In this document: positions 26,299 through 36,765 of the stretch, in pieces
Layout: each line of letters opens with the position of its first letter
How positions within the stretch are numbered: the first letter of the stretch is position 1
NCBI GenBank assembly: GCA_013202895.1
Contig: JABMPR010000256.1
Coordinates: forward strand, 1-59,207
DNA: 59,207 nt
From: a bacterium
GTDB lineage: Bacteria; Fidelibacterota; UBA8477; JABMPR01
Direction: 5' to 3'
Made by a program: the position numbers and the translations under genes
The notes under the pieces: model-generated
Databases searched by the model: none
What the model was told of the DNA's origin: nothing
Seen by the model: only the letters and a program-made list of their open reading frames with translations

Positions 26299-29127
26299 TC
26301 AAATTTCTGGATTGAGGGTCACCTGAATCATATTATCCAGATTAAAATATCTTTCAGCAGCAGACTGGGCAGCTTCAGCGCTAAAGCCTTCGATAAGTTC
26401 ACTAAATTTCATGAATTCATCTAGATCGCGATCTTCTTGATAATAGAGAACCAGCGAATTCAACCAGAATGAATTTCTTTTAATATTTATTTCACGTTCA
26501 CGCCTTTGAGCTTCTTTGACTTTATTTACATTAAGAATATCTGGAGGGGTTTTTATAATTCCGTTTATCTCAACCATGACTGCATCTGTCAATTCCTGAA
26601 CCCGGTCAGGTGCACAGCCAAATGTGACATTAAGCGAGTATTCGGCTTTAGGTTCTTTTGACATGCTGGCCCAAACGCCAACACCATACACACCACCCAT
26701 ATCTTCCCGTAAAACTTCCCGCAGGCGAATCCGCAACACTTGCATCATTGAATACATATCATAACGATTTTGCCGGTTATAATCAAATTCACCGGAGAAT
26801 ACAATTCTAGTTGTACTTTTAGGCTCTAAGCCACGTTTGACTTCCCGATTGATTTTACCCTCTGGAGTTTGAATCTTCTCGTCAACCCAATTCTCATTTC
26901 TGCCTGTTCCTGGCAGTGAACCGAGATATTGAAGAATCATTGGGGTAATCTGCTCCCTGGAGAAATTCCCGACAAACAAAAACGTGAAATCACCTGCATC
27001 AGCGAAGCGATCATCATAAAGCTCTTGTGCCTTAGCTAAATCAATCTGCTCTAACATATCAACGGTCATGGGATTACGTCTAACGTGATAATTATTCAGA
27101 ATTACACCTAATGTATCGCTGAAAGCTGCCTCGGGACTCAGGCTTTTGTTTTCCAGTTGGGAGCGTATCTGGGTCATAAAGGATGCATAAGCATCGGTAT
27201 CCTGACGACTCGCGGTAAATTGTAAATAAATCATCTGGAATAAAATTTCCAGGTCAGAGGAAGAGACTGAACCGCGAAATCCTTCATACAAGGAGTTGAT
27301 ATAAGGCGTGGTTGAAACCGTTTTACCTGCCAGTAGTTTTTGAAGATCTACCATACTGAACTGACCCATTCCACTATAGTCCATTATTCTGGCAGCCAGT
27401 TTACCGGTAATCAGATCAGCGTCTGAAAAAACTGAGAAACCACCAGGACTGTATGCCTGGAAAAGGATTTCATCATTTTTGAATTCCGTTGATTTCAGAA
27501 CAACGTGTAGACCATTATTAAGGTTAATTTCGTAGGTGTCAATATCTTCGTGATATTTCTCTGAAATAATACTTCCAGGTTGTGGTAAATCAGAAATCAG
27601 TGGTTCATCGGAAACATTATCAACATAGGCTTCGATGGTCAATGAGTTTATTCTTTCAAGGACAGTAGTCAACTCCTCGGCTGTGGGATTGGACAGACCC
27701 TCCTTTTCGGGACTGGAAGCCATTACCACTCGATTTTCATCCGTTATAAACTTCTGAGCAAGCGCATTTACTTCATTCAATTCAATACCTGGAATCGTTT
27801 CTTGATAAAGCCTGAATTCATATTCAAGTCCAGGTACGGCTTCTTCCTCAAGAAAGTGTCGAACCAACTCTGAGGCATAACCACGAGATTCCTGTTTATC
27901 GCGTTCCTGGAAAAGTTTTTCCATACTCCGAAGCACTTCTTTTTTAGCACGATCCAACTCAGTCGCGGTGAAGCCATGGCGACGGACACGTTCGCCCTCC
28001 ACTAGGACTGCTTCAAGCCCCTGTGGAATATTGCCGTCAACAACTCCAGCTCCCAGGCCAGCCATTTCTGAACTTCTGGCCCAAGCCCATTTTGTAGAAT
28101 AGGCATACAGAAAAGGGGCATCTGCTTTTTGTGATATCTCTCCAAATCTAGCATTCAACATCTCGTGATAAATGCGTTCAACAATATTGTCTCGGTATTC
28201 CCCTGCTGTACGATCAATTCTAGAAGGTCTTTTGAACAGGATGTTAATTCTTGAGCGAGTCGCTTCCGGGTCCGTAGCCAGGGCAAATAGCGTCTCCTCG
28301 TGATCGGGAACATCAAAGGTAATTCGTTCTCGGGTTTCGCTCTGTTTTGGGAGATCGCTAAACATATCTTTGATCTTGATTTCGATAGCTGCCGGATCAA
28401 AATCACCGACAGCAACAACTGCCATGAGATCCGGGCGATACCAATCGCGATAAAAGCGTCGAATCGATTCATAGCTTGCATTTTGAATCACATCCATGGA
28501 TCCGATGGGGAGTCGATCGGCATATTTAGAGCCCTTGAACATTATGGGCAGTTGCTTATCACGCATACGTTGTCCAGCACCTTGTCCCAAGCGCCATTCT
28601 TCAATCACAACGCCTCGTTCCTTATCAATCTCTTCGTCATCCAGACTAACCTTGTGAGCCCAGTTCTCCAGAATTTGGAAACCCTTGTCTAATTGATTCG
28701 AGCTGTCGGTAGGAACCTGGAGCATATAAACGGTCTCATCAAAACTTGTATAGGCATTCAAATCAGGGCCAAATCGCATTCCAATAGATTCAAGGTAATT
28801 TACTAGATCCTGTTTGGGGAAGTCTGTCGTCCCATTAAAGCTTAAATGCTCCAATAAATGCGCCAGACCACGTTGATCTTCATCTTCGAGGATGGCTCCA
28901 GCATTAACAACCAGCCGCAATTCTGCTCGATTTTCTGGTTTTTGATTTTTTTTAATGAAATACTTAAAACCATTGTCCAATTCCCCGCTGATTAGGTTTG
29001 GATCAACTGGAAGTTGTGCTGCCAGGTCAATATTATCATTAAGGGGCTCCTGTCCCGTGAAGACACAAGCAGTAAGCAATATACTGAGACTGATTATTAG
29101 GGTGAAAAAAGATTGTGGTCGTGACAT
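26299..29127 (-). CDS. M16-family zinc metallopeptidase (insulinase-like, both halves in one chain); probable lipoprotein
   Basis: 942 aa. Carries the HLLEHLSFNGT inverted zinc motif (HxxEH) and a downstream EE. The N-terminal signal has the lipobox LLTAC. Confidence 0.85.
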   Translation of the reverse strand: MSRPQSFFTLIISLSILLTACVFTGQEPLNDNIDLAAQLPVDPNLISGELDNGFKYFIKKNQKPENRAELRLVVNAGAILEDEDQRGLAHLLEHLSFNGTTDFPKQDLVNYLESIGMRFGPDLNAYTSFDETVYMLQVPTDSSNQLDKGFQILENWAHKVSLDDEEIDKERGVVIEEWRLGQGAGQRMRDKQLPIMFKGSKYADRLPIGSMDVIQNASYESIRRFYRDWYRPDLMAVVAVGDFDPAAIEIKIKDMFSDLPKQSETRERITFDVPDHEETLFALATDPEATRSRINILFKRPSRIDRTAGEYRDNIVERIYHEMLNARFGEISQKADAPFLYAYSTKWAWARSSEMAGLGAGVVDGNIPQGLEAVLVEGERVRRHGFTATELDRAKKEVLRSMEKLFQERDKQESRGYASELVRHFLEEEAVPGLEYEFRLYQETIPGIELNEVNALAQKFITDENRVVMASSPEKEGLSNPTAEELTTVLERINSLTIEAYVDNVSDEPLISDLPQPGSIISEKYHEDIDTYEINLNNGLHVVLKSTEFKNDEILFQAYSPGGFSVFSDADLITGKLAARIMDYSGMGQFSMVDLQKLLAGKTVSTTPYINSLYEGFRGSVSSSDLEILFQMIYLQFTASRQDTDAYASFMTQIRSQLENKSLSPEAAFSDTLGVILNNYHVRRNPMTVDMLEQIDLAKAQELYDDRFADAGDFTFLFVGNFSREQITPMILQYLGSLPGTGRNENWVDEKIQTPEGKINREVKRGLEPKSTTRIVFSGEFDYNRQNRYDMYSMMQVLRIRLREVLREDMGGVYGVGVWASMSKEPKAEYSLNVTFGCAPDRVQELTDAVMVEINGIIKTPPDILNVNKVKEAQRREREINIKRNSFWLNSLVLYYQEDRDLDEFMKFSELIEGFSAEAAQSAAERYFNLDNMIQVTLNPEI

Positions 29128-29397
29128 GTATATATCTCCAATAATTTTATTTTCAAGCGTGGCATTATAATCTCATTCAATACTGAATGTTATCGTTTCT
29201 TGGTTACAGGAAAATAACAAGTTATGATCTTAGGCGTCCATGAAAAGAAGCTATAGGTATTATCCAATGACATCGACACTCTCCAACTCATTCTATTTGT
29301 GATACCAAGACAAGTATTTGATCCAGTTTGTTTTTTTTGTAAATAAGGCGCTCGATAAAAAGATCTTCAATTGGATTGAAGAGAACTGGAGGTTTTG

Positions 29398-29808
29398 ATG
29401 GAAAAGATCTGTGTACGTGACTTTATGGCGAAAGAATTGGTTGTTTTTACGCCCGACATGGATATCTATAAGGCAATTGATGAACTAATCAAACATAGGA
29501 TTTCTGGTGCTCCGGTTGTTGATGAAACTGGTAAGATCGCCGGAATAATCTCTCAAAAAGATTGCCTCCGCATCCTGGCCAATGGCGCGTTTCACGACTT
29601 TCCTGCTGGACCGGTCAGCGAGTACATGACTGAGGCCGTAATGACAGTCCGGCCTGATATGGATATCTTCACCGTTGCCGATCTTTTTCTAAACAATGTC
29701 TACAGACGTATCCCCGTAGTTGAAAATGATATGGTTATCGGTCAGATTAGTCGTCGTGACATCCTGGTTGCTATTCAATCAATGACGGGCAAGTCAAGTT
29801 CTAAATAA
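29398..29808 (+). CDS. CBS domain pair protein
   Basis: About 136 aa with two CBS repeats (ISGAPVVDETGKIAGIISQKD and RRIPVVENDMVIGQISRRD). TGGAGG lies upstream of ATG 29398. Confidence 0.8.
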   Translation: MEKICVRDFMAKELVVFTPDMDIYKAIDELIKHRISGAPVVDETGKIAGIISQKDCLRILANGAFHDFPAGPVSEYMTEAVMTVRPDMDIFTVADLFLNNVYRRIPVVENDMVIGQISRRDILVAIQSMTGKSSSK

Positions 29809-29951
29809 AACGCCAGCCCACTGGGGAATAGTATTATCAATATGTATCAGATTGATTAAAACTCCTGTTGCCCGGAGCAGGACATCAAATATCTTGGCGC
29901 CATGAAAATTGATACCACTTTTGTACAATTAACTAATACAGGAGAAACCCA

Positions 29952-31094
29952 ATGAAGATTGGTATTCCCATTGAAACGGTCTCCGGAGAAACCCGCGTTG
30001 CCATGGTTCCCGGAATGGTCACAGCATTTACTCGCCTGGAGCATGAAGTCATCGTTCAGAAGAACGCAGGTGCTGGCTCGTATTTTTCAGATGCTGAATT
30101 TGAAAAATCCGGAGCCAGTATAGTAGAGAATGCTCAAGCGCTATTTGCCGCGGCAGATGTTGTCTTTAAGGTTCAGCCCCCCAGTGCTGAAGAAGTAAAA
30201 ATGATGAAAGATGGAGCAATCTACATGGGTTATCTCGCTCCCTTAAACAACCACGATACTCTCAACGCAATGAATGAGAAAAAGATCACAAGCTTTGCCA
30301 CAGAGTTTATCCCCAGAATCTCACGCGCCCAGAGTATGGACACATTGAGTTCTATGGCTACTCTGGCCGGATACAAAGCAGTGTTGATTTCAGCCAATCA
30401 TCTTGGCAAAATTTTTCCTTTGCTTATGACAGCAGCTGGATCAATTCCTCCAGCCACCACCTTTGTGCTTGGAGCAGGTGTGGCAGGTCTGCAGGCAATC
30501 GCCACAGCCAAGCGGCTGGGGTCCCGAGTTGAAGCCTTTGATCCTCGTCCCGCAGTCGAGGAGCAAGTCAAAAGCCTTGGTGCAACCTTTGTTCATATGG
30601 AAGTACCCGAAGAAAATGTGGAAACGACTGGCGGATACGCTAAACAGCAGTCTGACGCCTTCCTCATTGCTGAGCAAAAAGCTATCGGTGCCCGCTTGCC
30701 AAAAGTTGATATCATTATCACAACAGCAGCAATTTTTGGTAAAAAAGCACCCATCCTCATCACTGAGGATATGGTTAAAATGATGCGACCTGGGTCTGTC
30801 ATTGTTGATCTGGCAATTGAAGGTGGTGGAAACTGCCAACTTTCCGAGTTGGGCAAAACAGTTGTCAAGCATGGTGTAACCATTGTGGGCACAGTAAATT
30901 TACCCGCTAAGCTTCCTATTAATGGCAGTGGAATGTTCTCCAAGAATCTACTCAATCTCTTCAAAAATATTTTCCAAAAAGAGGACAATAGTCTGGATTT
31001 TGAAGAAGAAGTAACAGCAGGAGCCTGTATCACCCACGCCGGTGAGGTCCAAAATGAACTCGTCAAAAAATCAATGACAGGAGGGAATTTATAA
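29952..31094 (+). CDS. pntAA: NAD(P) transhydrogenase subunit alpha, part 1
   Basis: 380 aa with an alanine dehydrogenase/PNT fold. Carries the VLGAGVAGLQAIATAKRLG Rossmann motif. AGGAG lies upstream. Confidence 0.9.
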   Translation: MKIGIPIETVSGETRVAMVPGMVTAFTRLEHEVIVQKNAGAGSYFSDAEFEKSGASIVENAQALFAAADVVFKVQPPSAEEVKMMKDGAIYMGYLAPLNNHDTLNAMNEKKITSFATEFIPRISRAQSMDTLSSMATLAGYKAVLISANHLGKIFPLLMTAAGSIPPATTFVLGAGVAGLQAIATAKRLGSRVEAFDPRPAVEEQVKSLGATFVHMEVPEENVETTGGYAKQQSDAFLIAEQKAIGARLPKVDIIITTAAIFGKKAPILITEDMVKMMRPGSVIVDLAIEGGGNCQLSELGKTVVKHGVTIVGTVNLPAKLPINGSGMFSKNLLNLFKNIFQKEDNSLDFEEEVTAGACITHAGEVQNELVKKSMTGGNL

Positions 31095-31393
31095 TGGAAA
31101 GTCTGATTGTATCCATTTATGTCTTCACCCTGGCCGTATTCATCGGCTTTGAGTTGATCACAAAAGTTCCACCACTGCTGCACACGCCCCTCATGTCTGG
31201 ATCAAATGCCATTTCTGGTATCACCGTAGTAGGAGCCCTCCTGGCAGCAAATGCCAGCAATTGGGGTCTAAGCACCGTTCTGGGGATTTTTGCCATAGCC
31301 TTCGCCATGATCAATGTAATTGGTGGTTTCATGGTGACCGATCGCATGTTGGGGATGTTCAAGAAAGCTAAAAAAGCTGAGAAGGGAGCCTGA
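31094..31393 (+). CDS. pntAB: NAD(P) transhydrogenase subunit alpha, part 2 (membrane)
   Basis: 99 aa with 3 TM helices. Carries the LHTPLMSGSNAISGI motif. Its start abuts the pntAA stop. Confidence 0.9.
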   Translation: MESLIVSIYVFTLAVFIGFELITKVPPLLHTPLMSGSNAISGITVVGALLAANASNWGLSTVLGIFAIAFAMINVIGGFMVTDRMLGMFKKAKKAEKGA

Positions 31394-31395
31394 TC

Positions 31396-32778
31396 ATGAT
31401 ATATCTGGAACAGTTTTCCTATCTCCTGGCATCTGTCTTATTCATTCTGGGATTAAAACTTTTGGGCTCGGCTAAAACTGCCCGTAAAGGAAACCAGTTC
31501 GCCATGTTTGGGATGGCTCTGGCAATTGTAATCACCCTGATTGTGTCAGGAATCGCTGGACCTACTCAGATTATAATCGGTATGGTGGTCGGTGGACTTA
31601 TTGGTGGTATCGTCGCCAAACGGATCGAAATGACATCCATGCCGCAAATGGTCGCCCTGTTTAATGGGTTTGGTGGTATCGCTTCAACCCTGGTAGCCTA
31701 TTCTGAATACATGCGGTTCGATGGTGCTGAGACCATGGATATCAATGTTACTGTGGTCTTAAGTTTATTCATTGGTACCGTAACACTTACAGGTTCGCTT
31801 ATAGCATTTGCAAAATTGCAGGGCATTATGCGTGGAGCTCCTATGGTATTGCCAATGCACCAGATCCTGAATTTTATTCTAATGATCGCGGCTGTGGTTT
31901 TTGGGGTCCTCAATGTTATGGAGCCAGCCATACCGCTTTGGCCAATATTGATCATAGTGGTAGCAGCAATATTTGGTGTTACCTTTGTGATACCCATCGG
32001 TGGTGCAGATATGCCCGTCGTAATCGCTCTGCTTAATTCCTATTCTGGTTTGGCAGCATCAGCCACTGGTTTTGTGTTGTCAAACAATGTCTTGATCATT
32101 GCCGGTGCCCTGGTTGGAGCTTCTGGCTTGATTCTAACGCAGCTCATGTGTGATGCCATGAACCGCAGTTTGTTTAATGTTCTCTTTGGAGCAGTTGGAA
32201 CAGATGATAGTACGGGGGAAAGCGCTGGTCCTGCTGGCGAGCAAAAGACCGTCACCCGCTATACCTCTGAAGACGCTGCCATGATAATGGACACAGTCCA
32301 GTCAGTGATTATTGTTCCTGGCTATGGACTTGCGGTCGCCCAGGCTCAGCATGTGTTGCACGAAATGACCCAATTACTTATTGCACGTGGGATTGATGTG
32401 AAATATGCGATTCACCCTGTAGCTGGTCGCATGCCCGGTCATATGAACGTACTTTTGGCTGAAGCCAATGTACCCTATGATGCATTGTATGAAATGGACG
32501 ATATCAATGATGATTTCCAGAACACTGATGTCGCTTTAATCATTGGTGCCAATGATGTTGTGAATCCGGCAGCGCGTACAAAAAAAGATAGCCCGCTTTA
32601 CGGTATGCCAATCCTAAATGTGGATTATGCCCGGACTGTCATGTTTGTAAAACGATCTATGGGTGCCGGGTTTGCCGGTGAAGCAAATCCATTGTTCTTT
32701 GATGATAAGACCATGATGGTTTTTGGTGATGCCAAGGCGGTGATAACAGGATTGGTAAGGGCTCTCAAGAAAGATTAA
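31396..32778 (+). CDS. pntB: NAD(P) transhydrogenase subunit beta
   Basis: 460 aa. A multi-TM N-terminus is followed by the NADP(H) domain, with PGYGLAVAQAQH, HPVAGRMPGHMNVLLAEA and GANDVVNP. Confidence 0.9.
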   Translation: MIYLEQFSYLLASVLFILGLKLLGSAKTARKGNQFAMFGMALAIVITLIVSGIAGPTQIIIGMVVGGLIGGIVAKRIEMTSMPQMVALFNGFGGIASTLVAYSEYMRFDGAETMDINVTVVLSLFIGTVTLTGSLIAFAKLQGIMRGAPMVLPMHQILNFILMIAAVVFGVLNVMEPAIPLWPILIIVVAAIFGVTFVIPIGGADMPVVIALLNSYSGLAASATGFVLSNNVLIIAGALVGASGLILTQLMCDAMNRSLFNVLFGAVGTDDSTGESAGPAGEQKTVTRYTSEDAAMIMDTVQSVIIVPGYGLAVAQAQHVLHEMTQLLIARGIDVKYAIHPVAGRMPGHMNVLLAEANVPYDALYEMDDINDDFQNTDVALIIGANDVVNPAARTKKDSPLYGMPILNVDYARTVMFVKRSMGAGFAGEANPLFFDDKTMMVFGDAKAVITGLVRALKKD

Positions 32779-32797
32779 CCAGCCATTATATAGAATA

Positions 32798-32830
32798 AGA
32801 AGAGCCTCAGGATTCCGGGGCTCTTTTTTT
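32798..32830 (+). terminator. Rho-independent terminator after pntB (shared with the convergent gene)
   Basis: The stem AGAAGAGCC / GGCTCTTTT (including one G-U pair) has a loop of about 12 nt and is followed by a T-run. Confidence 0.65.
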
Positions 32831-33362
32831 ATGATAAATGAATACGCTCGATTAATTTCCAGTTGCTTACCTCTCCCTGAGTCTGTACCAGATCTATGTC
32901 TGAGATTGAAATAATCCCAATGTGGAGATTCAGAATTTGTTCGTGGAAAACTCGTTTCTCTGCTTCACTGGCAAAACTATACAATAGACTGATATGAGGT
33001 GAAAAGGGCGGATCGGCCTCACGCTGAAAACTAGATCTGGCAGCCTGGTTCATATCAAATAGTCGGGATGACATAACTGTTTTTAAATATAGTGATCGGA
33101 AAAAGACATCTTCGTATGCGATAGACTCAACCAGGAGATCCAGTTTTCTAGAAGCGTGACCCAGATTTCGGAAAAGTGGCCGGATATGCTCCAGTTCTTC
33201 TGTTATCTGTCCCAGCAGAGTCAGATGAGGCTGGAGCGGTTGACCGTTCAGTTGCCTTCTTAGATCAGTCGCTATTTCATTTAGCATTTCCTTGCTTTTC
33301 TGATCCGGGATTAACCAGATCGAGTAGCCCTTAACCTCATTCTCAGACATTTGATTTTGCAT
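32829..33362 (-). CDS. 2H phosphoesterase superfamily protein (LigT / cyclic phosphodiesterase-like)
   Basis: 177 aa with two H-x-T/S-x motifs, HLTLLG and HISLLY, at the spacing typical of the 2H family. Confidence 0.7.
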   Translation of the reverse strand: MQNQMSENEVKGYSIWLIPDQKSKEMLNEIATDLRRQLNGQPLQPHLTLLGQITEELEHIRPLFRNLGHASRKLDLLVESIAYEDVFFRSLYLKTVMSSRLFDMNQAARSSFQREADPPFSPHISLLYSFASEAEKRVFHEQILNLHIGIISISDIDLVQTQGEVSNWKLIERIHLS

Positions 33363-33365
33363 AGG

Positions 33366-33746
33366 TCAATTCACCAGATATATTTTTTTTAGAACCTCCG
33401 TTACATTCCCTTGCAGATCATCCACCATCACCATGCAAATATACAATCCTGTTACAGCAATACCCCCATAACCTGCTTCACCATTCCAGATTAATGATCC
33501 ACGATGACTTACTGGCTTTGCCTGGCAGGGTTCGGCTATTTTTCTACCAGCCATATCAAAAATCATTATTGACAACAAACCTTGCTCTACTGGCAATTCA
33601 AAATTAATTCGCAGTTCGTCCGATTGCCCATCTCCATTTGGAGTAAATGGATTTGGAGATAGATCTATTGTCAGCCTGGTGGCGAGCTCAAGCAGATGCA
33701 GGCTATTCTCACAGCCTGGGGTGGCAGCAGACTCATCAATACACAC
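33366..33746 (-). CDS. C-terminal Ig-like sorting domain fragment (T9SS/CHU_C-like), in frame with the upstream LTD gene
   Basis: LSPNPFTPNGDGQSDEL...IMIFDMAGRKI...WNGEAGYGG..VTGLYIC...KKIYLVN is typical of C-terminal sorting or FlgD-Ig-like domains. It is in the same frame as 33768..36614 and only one TGA separates them. It probably does not start independently. Confidence 0.5.
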   Translation of the reverse strand: MCIDESAATPGCENSLHLLELATRLTIDLSPNPFTPNGDGQSDELRINFELPVEQGLLSIMIFDMAGRKIAEPCQAKPVSHRGSLIWNGEAGYGGIAVTGLYICMVMVDDLQGNVTEVLKKIYLVN

Positions 33747-33767
33747 ACCCCAATTTTTCGGCTCAGA

Positions 33768-36614
33768 TCACGGCATGTCTGATCTGATTCTCTCCAATGA
33801 ACGCCCTTCAACCATAGCCGTAAACTCTGCATAGGCCATTTCATCCATGGGAATACCCTGGGGATCAAACAAAATCACCGCATCATTGGTATTGTTCAAA
33901 CTTGGGAAGCCCTCAACCACAATAATCTGACACTCCCGGGGACAAGGAACCAAACCGGGCTCGCCAGCCAGGATAAGGTAGCTGTTACCAGCCAGCACCA
34001 GGCTGCTGTCAGAAATCACTTTGGGAGATAAACTGTTATCAGATATCATCCAGCCCTGCATATCCAAACTCCTGTTCTGGGGGTTATATATCTCGATCCA
34101 TTCAGATTGATCGGCCTCTGGAATCGGCATGATTTCATTAAGGATCATAGGTGTTGTATTACAGGAGACATAGGATTTTAGACTCATTTCATTGTCCCAT
34201 ATATAATCATCGTCGGGATATTGGATTTCAGCAGAAATGTCAACCCAACCACATTCGCTAATCTCGAGCTCTGATTGCCAGACCAGAGTATCTCCAGGAA
34301 CTAATGTGAGCAGCTCCTGATCAGATGAAACTATTAATTCATTGCCGTGATATACCTCAATTGTGATTCGGCTTGAAGGGACTGGATCAACTCCGGCATT
34401 CACAATCAAGGCATTGACCGTGGCGTTTTGTTCTGCCCATAGAAGGGTGTCCAGCATATAAATATTCAGCAGTGAGAGGTTACTGGCGGGTGTTAAAACA
34501 GAGTTTCGGCGTCCCGGTGTTAACCCAGTCTGATCAATACAAGTTGTCCAGCTTTCATCAAGATGAGCTGGTTTCCACAAAGCCAGACGCTCCATGCTTT
34601 TTCCTGGATCGCCACCTTGATCAGCATGGTAGCCATGAGCCAGTTGACGGTTTCCCAAAGGATCCAAAATAATGATTGAATCGGCACTGTTGTTTAAAGA
34701 GGGCCAGGGTGATACCTCCAGAATCTTAGCTTGCGGAATCGTCCAATCACTCAGGCTTATGGAATCCGGGCACACTAAAAACAGACTATCAGGAGGCACT
34801 GCTGTTAGCGAGCTGATATTGCCCTGGGTTCCACTGCGGTCTTGAAAAGTCCAACCATTGAGAATCAGTGTGTCGGTTCCAATATTAGCAAATTCAAGAA
34901 ATTCAACTTGATCTTCATCCGGGGTATAGTGAATTTCATTTAGCGCAATACGGTTAGGCCTAAAGCCTAGTATGACCTGGATGCTGGTATCAGCCAACAA
35001 AAAGTCATTATTATGATATATCATTATCAAAACATCTGAAATACCTGGCTCTAATATCGCTGTGACCAGATTAAGTGAATCCGATTCGAAACTTGGAAGG
35101 TTTCCCGACCATTCAGAGAAACCGTCTGACGCAACCTGTATTAATCGAAGGGTGTCCAGACCGACATTGGTAAAGTGGATGGTAAGTGCAACAGGTGCAG
35201 GACCAATGGGATTTGAAGTCCAAACTTTAATTTCATCAATTTGAATAGCAATTGGATTCAGTTGCTGAGTATTAATCTGGGATGGTGTCCCTCCATCAGG
35301 ATGAGAAGAGGCTGCCCAATTCCAGGACGCTAATGGAGCTATTTGAGGGTGTCGCCGCTCCAGGGATATCCCCGGATTTCCCCATGATCCACGGTAAAAA
35401 CTTTTTGTTACTAAATTACCAGTTGCATCGAATAAGCGAACTGAATCGGAAGCACTGTTTAAAGTTGCCCAGGAATCAAGGACTAAAGCATTTACTGAGC
35501 TTAAGGAGAAGAATTCCAGCGAACTGTTTTGAGCACAAAGTGTCAGGTGACTATCTGGTTCCAAAAGGCGCAAACAATCTATGATGGGATGCCGGGTCGG
35601 GTTGGCATCTGACAGTTTCCAGTTTTGGAGGGAAACCGCTGCAGTTGATACGTTTTTTATTTCTATCCATTCACCACCTTGTTCTGAGGTGGGGCTGAAC
35701 ATAATTTCTGTCACACTGATTACGTCTTTGGGATATGCGCCTAGTACTTGAAATCGTAATGTGTCATCACTTCTGACTTCATCCCCTTCCGCAGAAACCC
35801 ATATTTCTCCCTTCTGAACGCCAGATTCAAGATCGAATAGTGTTATGGGGAGGAGCAAACTCTCTTGAGACTCAATTGTCGTTGAGTTCACCAGGAATAG
35901 TTCCCATTCTGAATCTCCCTGTTCACTATTCTGATCATCATCTCTATAGATCGACATTGAAAACCCTGCTATTTGAGTTTCACCTGTATTCGTAATTGTC
36001 ACGATTATCTCCACCGGTTCTCCCAATTGATAGGAATTTACGACAATTGCATCTAGACTAAGATTATGTAGAGGTAGAGTTACCGAATTGCGATAGCCCG
36101 GTGTCCCATTCTCTATCAGAGACTGTTGCCAGATTGCCAGGGAATCGTCCGAATTCATTGAGACCCTTTCCCAGGAGTAGCCATTATCCGATGATGATGA
36201 CCAGGACATTCGACTAATAGATGTTGAATCCGGGCTGTAAATAATGACTGATTCACCAGAATTTGCCAGCCCCCCACTCCCAAAACTGGCATCTGTAATA
36301 ATCGTATAAATCGGAGTGCTGTCAGGTATCAAAGTATTGTAGAGACCTGCGCTGAAATCATATCCTGGATCTAGAATAAGTGCGTATTCCTCAGGTTTAA
36401 TGTCTAGTGGACCAGACATATGAGAGATAGTATCTACTCCATTTCCATCACTTAACACCCAACCATTGATTTGAATCACATCTTGAGAATGGTTATAAAT
36501 TTCGACATACTCGTTTTCGTATTCTGACCCCTGAGGGTTTGACATGACCTCAGAGACACGGATCTCACTGGCCTGCAGACATACTGCCAATAGAACAAGG
36601 TTCATCTTGTACAT
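33768..36614 (-). CDS. Large secreted protein with four lamin-tail domains (LTD) and Ig/CARDB-like spacers
   Basis: 948 aa with a signal peptide. LTD-type modules repeat (SEVMSNP...YVEIYN...INGWVLSD; TEIMFSP...WIEIKN...LQNWKLSD; NEIHYTP...FLEFAN...LNGWTFQD; NEIMPIP...WIEIYN...MQGWMISD). The last LTD is cut by TGA 33768..33770. Confidence 0.75.
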   Translation of the reverse strand: MYKMNLVLLAVCLQASEIRVSEVMSNPQGSEYENEYVEIYNHSQDVIQINGWVLSDGNGVDTISHMSGPLDIKPEEYALILDPGYDFSAGLYNTLIPDSTPIYTIITDASFGSGGLANSGESVIIYSPDSTSISRMSWSSSSDNGYSWERVSMNSDDSLAIWQQSLIENGTPGYRNSVTLPLHNLSLDAIVVNSYQLGEPVEIIVTITNTGETQIAGFSMSIYRDDDQNSEQGDSEWELFLVNSTTIESQESLLLPITLFDLESGVQKGEIWVSAEGDEVRSDDTLRFQVLGAYPKDVISVTEIMFSPTSEQGGEWIEIKNVSTAAVSLQNWKLSDANPTRHPIIDCLRLLEPDSHLTLCAQNSSLEFFSLSSVNALVLDSWATLNSASDSVRLFDATGNLVTKSFYRGSWGNPGISLERRHPQIAPLASWNWAASSHPDGGTPSQINTQQLNPIAIQIDEIKVWTSNPIGPAPVALTIHFTNVGLDTLRLIQVASDGFSEWSGNLPSFESDSLNLVTAILEPGISDVLIMIYHNNDFLLADTSIQVILGFRPNRIALNEIHYTPDEDQVEFLEFANIGTDTLILNGWTFQDRSGTQGNISSLTAVPPDSLFLVCPDSISLSDWTIPQAKILEVSPWPSLNNSADSIIILDPLGNRQLAHGYHADQGGDPGKSMERLALWKPAHLDESWTTCIDQTGLTPGRRNSVLTPASNLSLLNIYMLDTLLWAEQNATVNALIVNAGVDPVPSSRITIEVYHGNELIVSSDQELLTLVPGDTLVWQSELEISECGWVDISAEIQYPDDDYIWDNEMSLKSYVSCNTTPMILNEIMPIPEADQSEWIEIYNPQNRSLDMQGWMISDNSLSPKVISDSSLVLAGNSYLILAGEPGLVPCPRECQIIVVEGFPSLNNTNDAVILFDPQGIPMDEMAYAEFTAMVEGRSLERIRSDMP

Positions 36615-36765
36615 AATAATCCCATTTGTTTTAATTGAGGTTTACTTGATGATCGTAAAGTAATTCAATGAGTCTGGTATTACCAAGTTTTTCCTGAAAA
36701 TTGGGTTGAAAAAATGTATATTCGCATCGCTTCGCAAATTTGTATTTGAATAAATAGGAGGAAGA

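Noticed and set aside
30593-31183. 196-aa antisense ORF within pntAA/pntAB. The same pattern occurs at 23917..24363, 30441..30872, 15240..15605 and 20455..20835, and in the alternative frame 38786..39271.
   Set aside because: All lie inside strongly supported genes, on the opposite strand or in another frame, and lack recognisable domains. They are typical long shadow ORFs.
33700-33770. Selenocysteine insertion at the LTD-gene TGA
   Set aside because: The aligned residue in the paralogous module is Ala, not Cys. The only hairpin (CAGGCT/AGCCTG) lies about 49 nt downstream, outside the usual bacterial SECIS spacing. A surface-adhesin loop has no redox logic. I kept it only as a check within the in-frame-stop finding.
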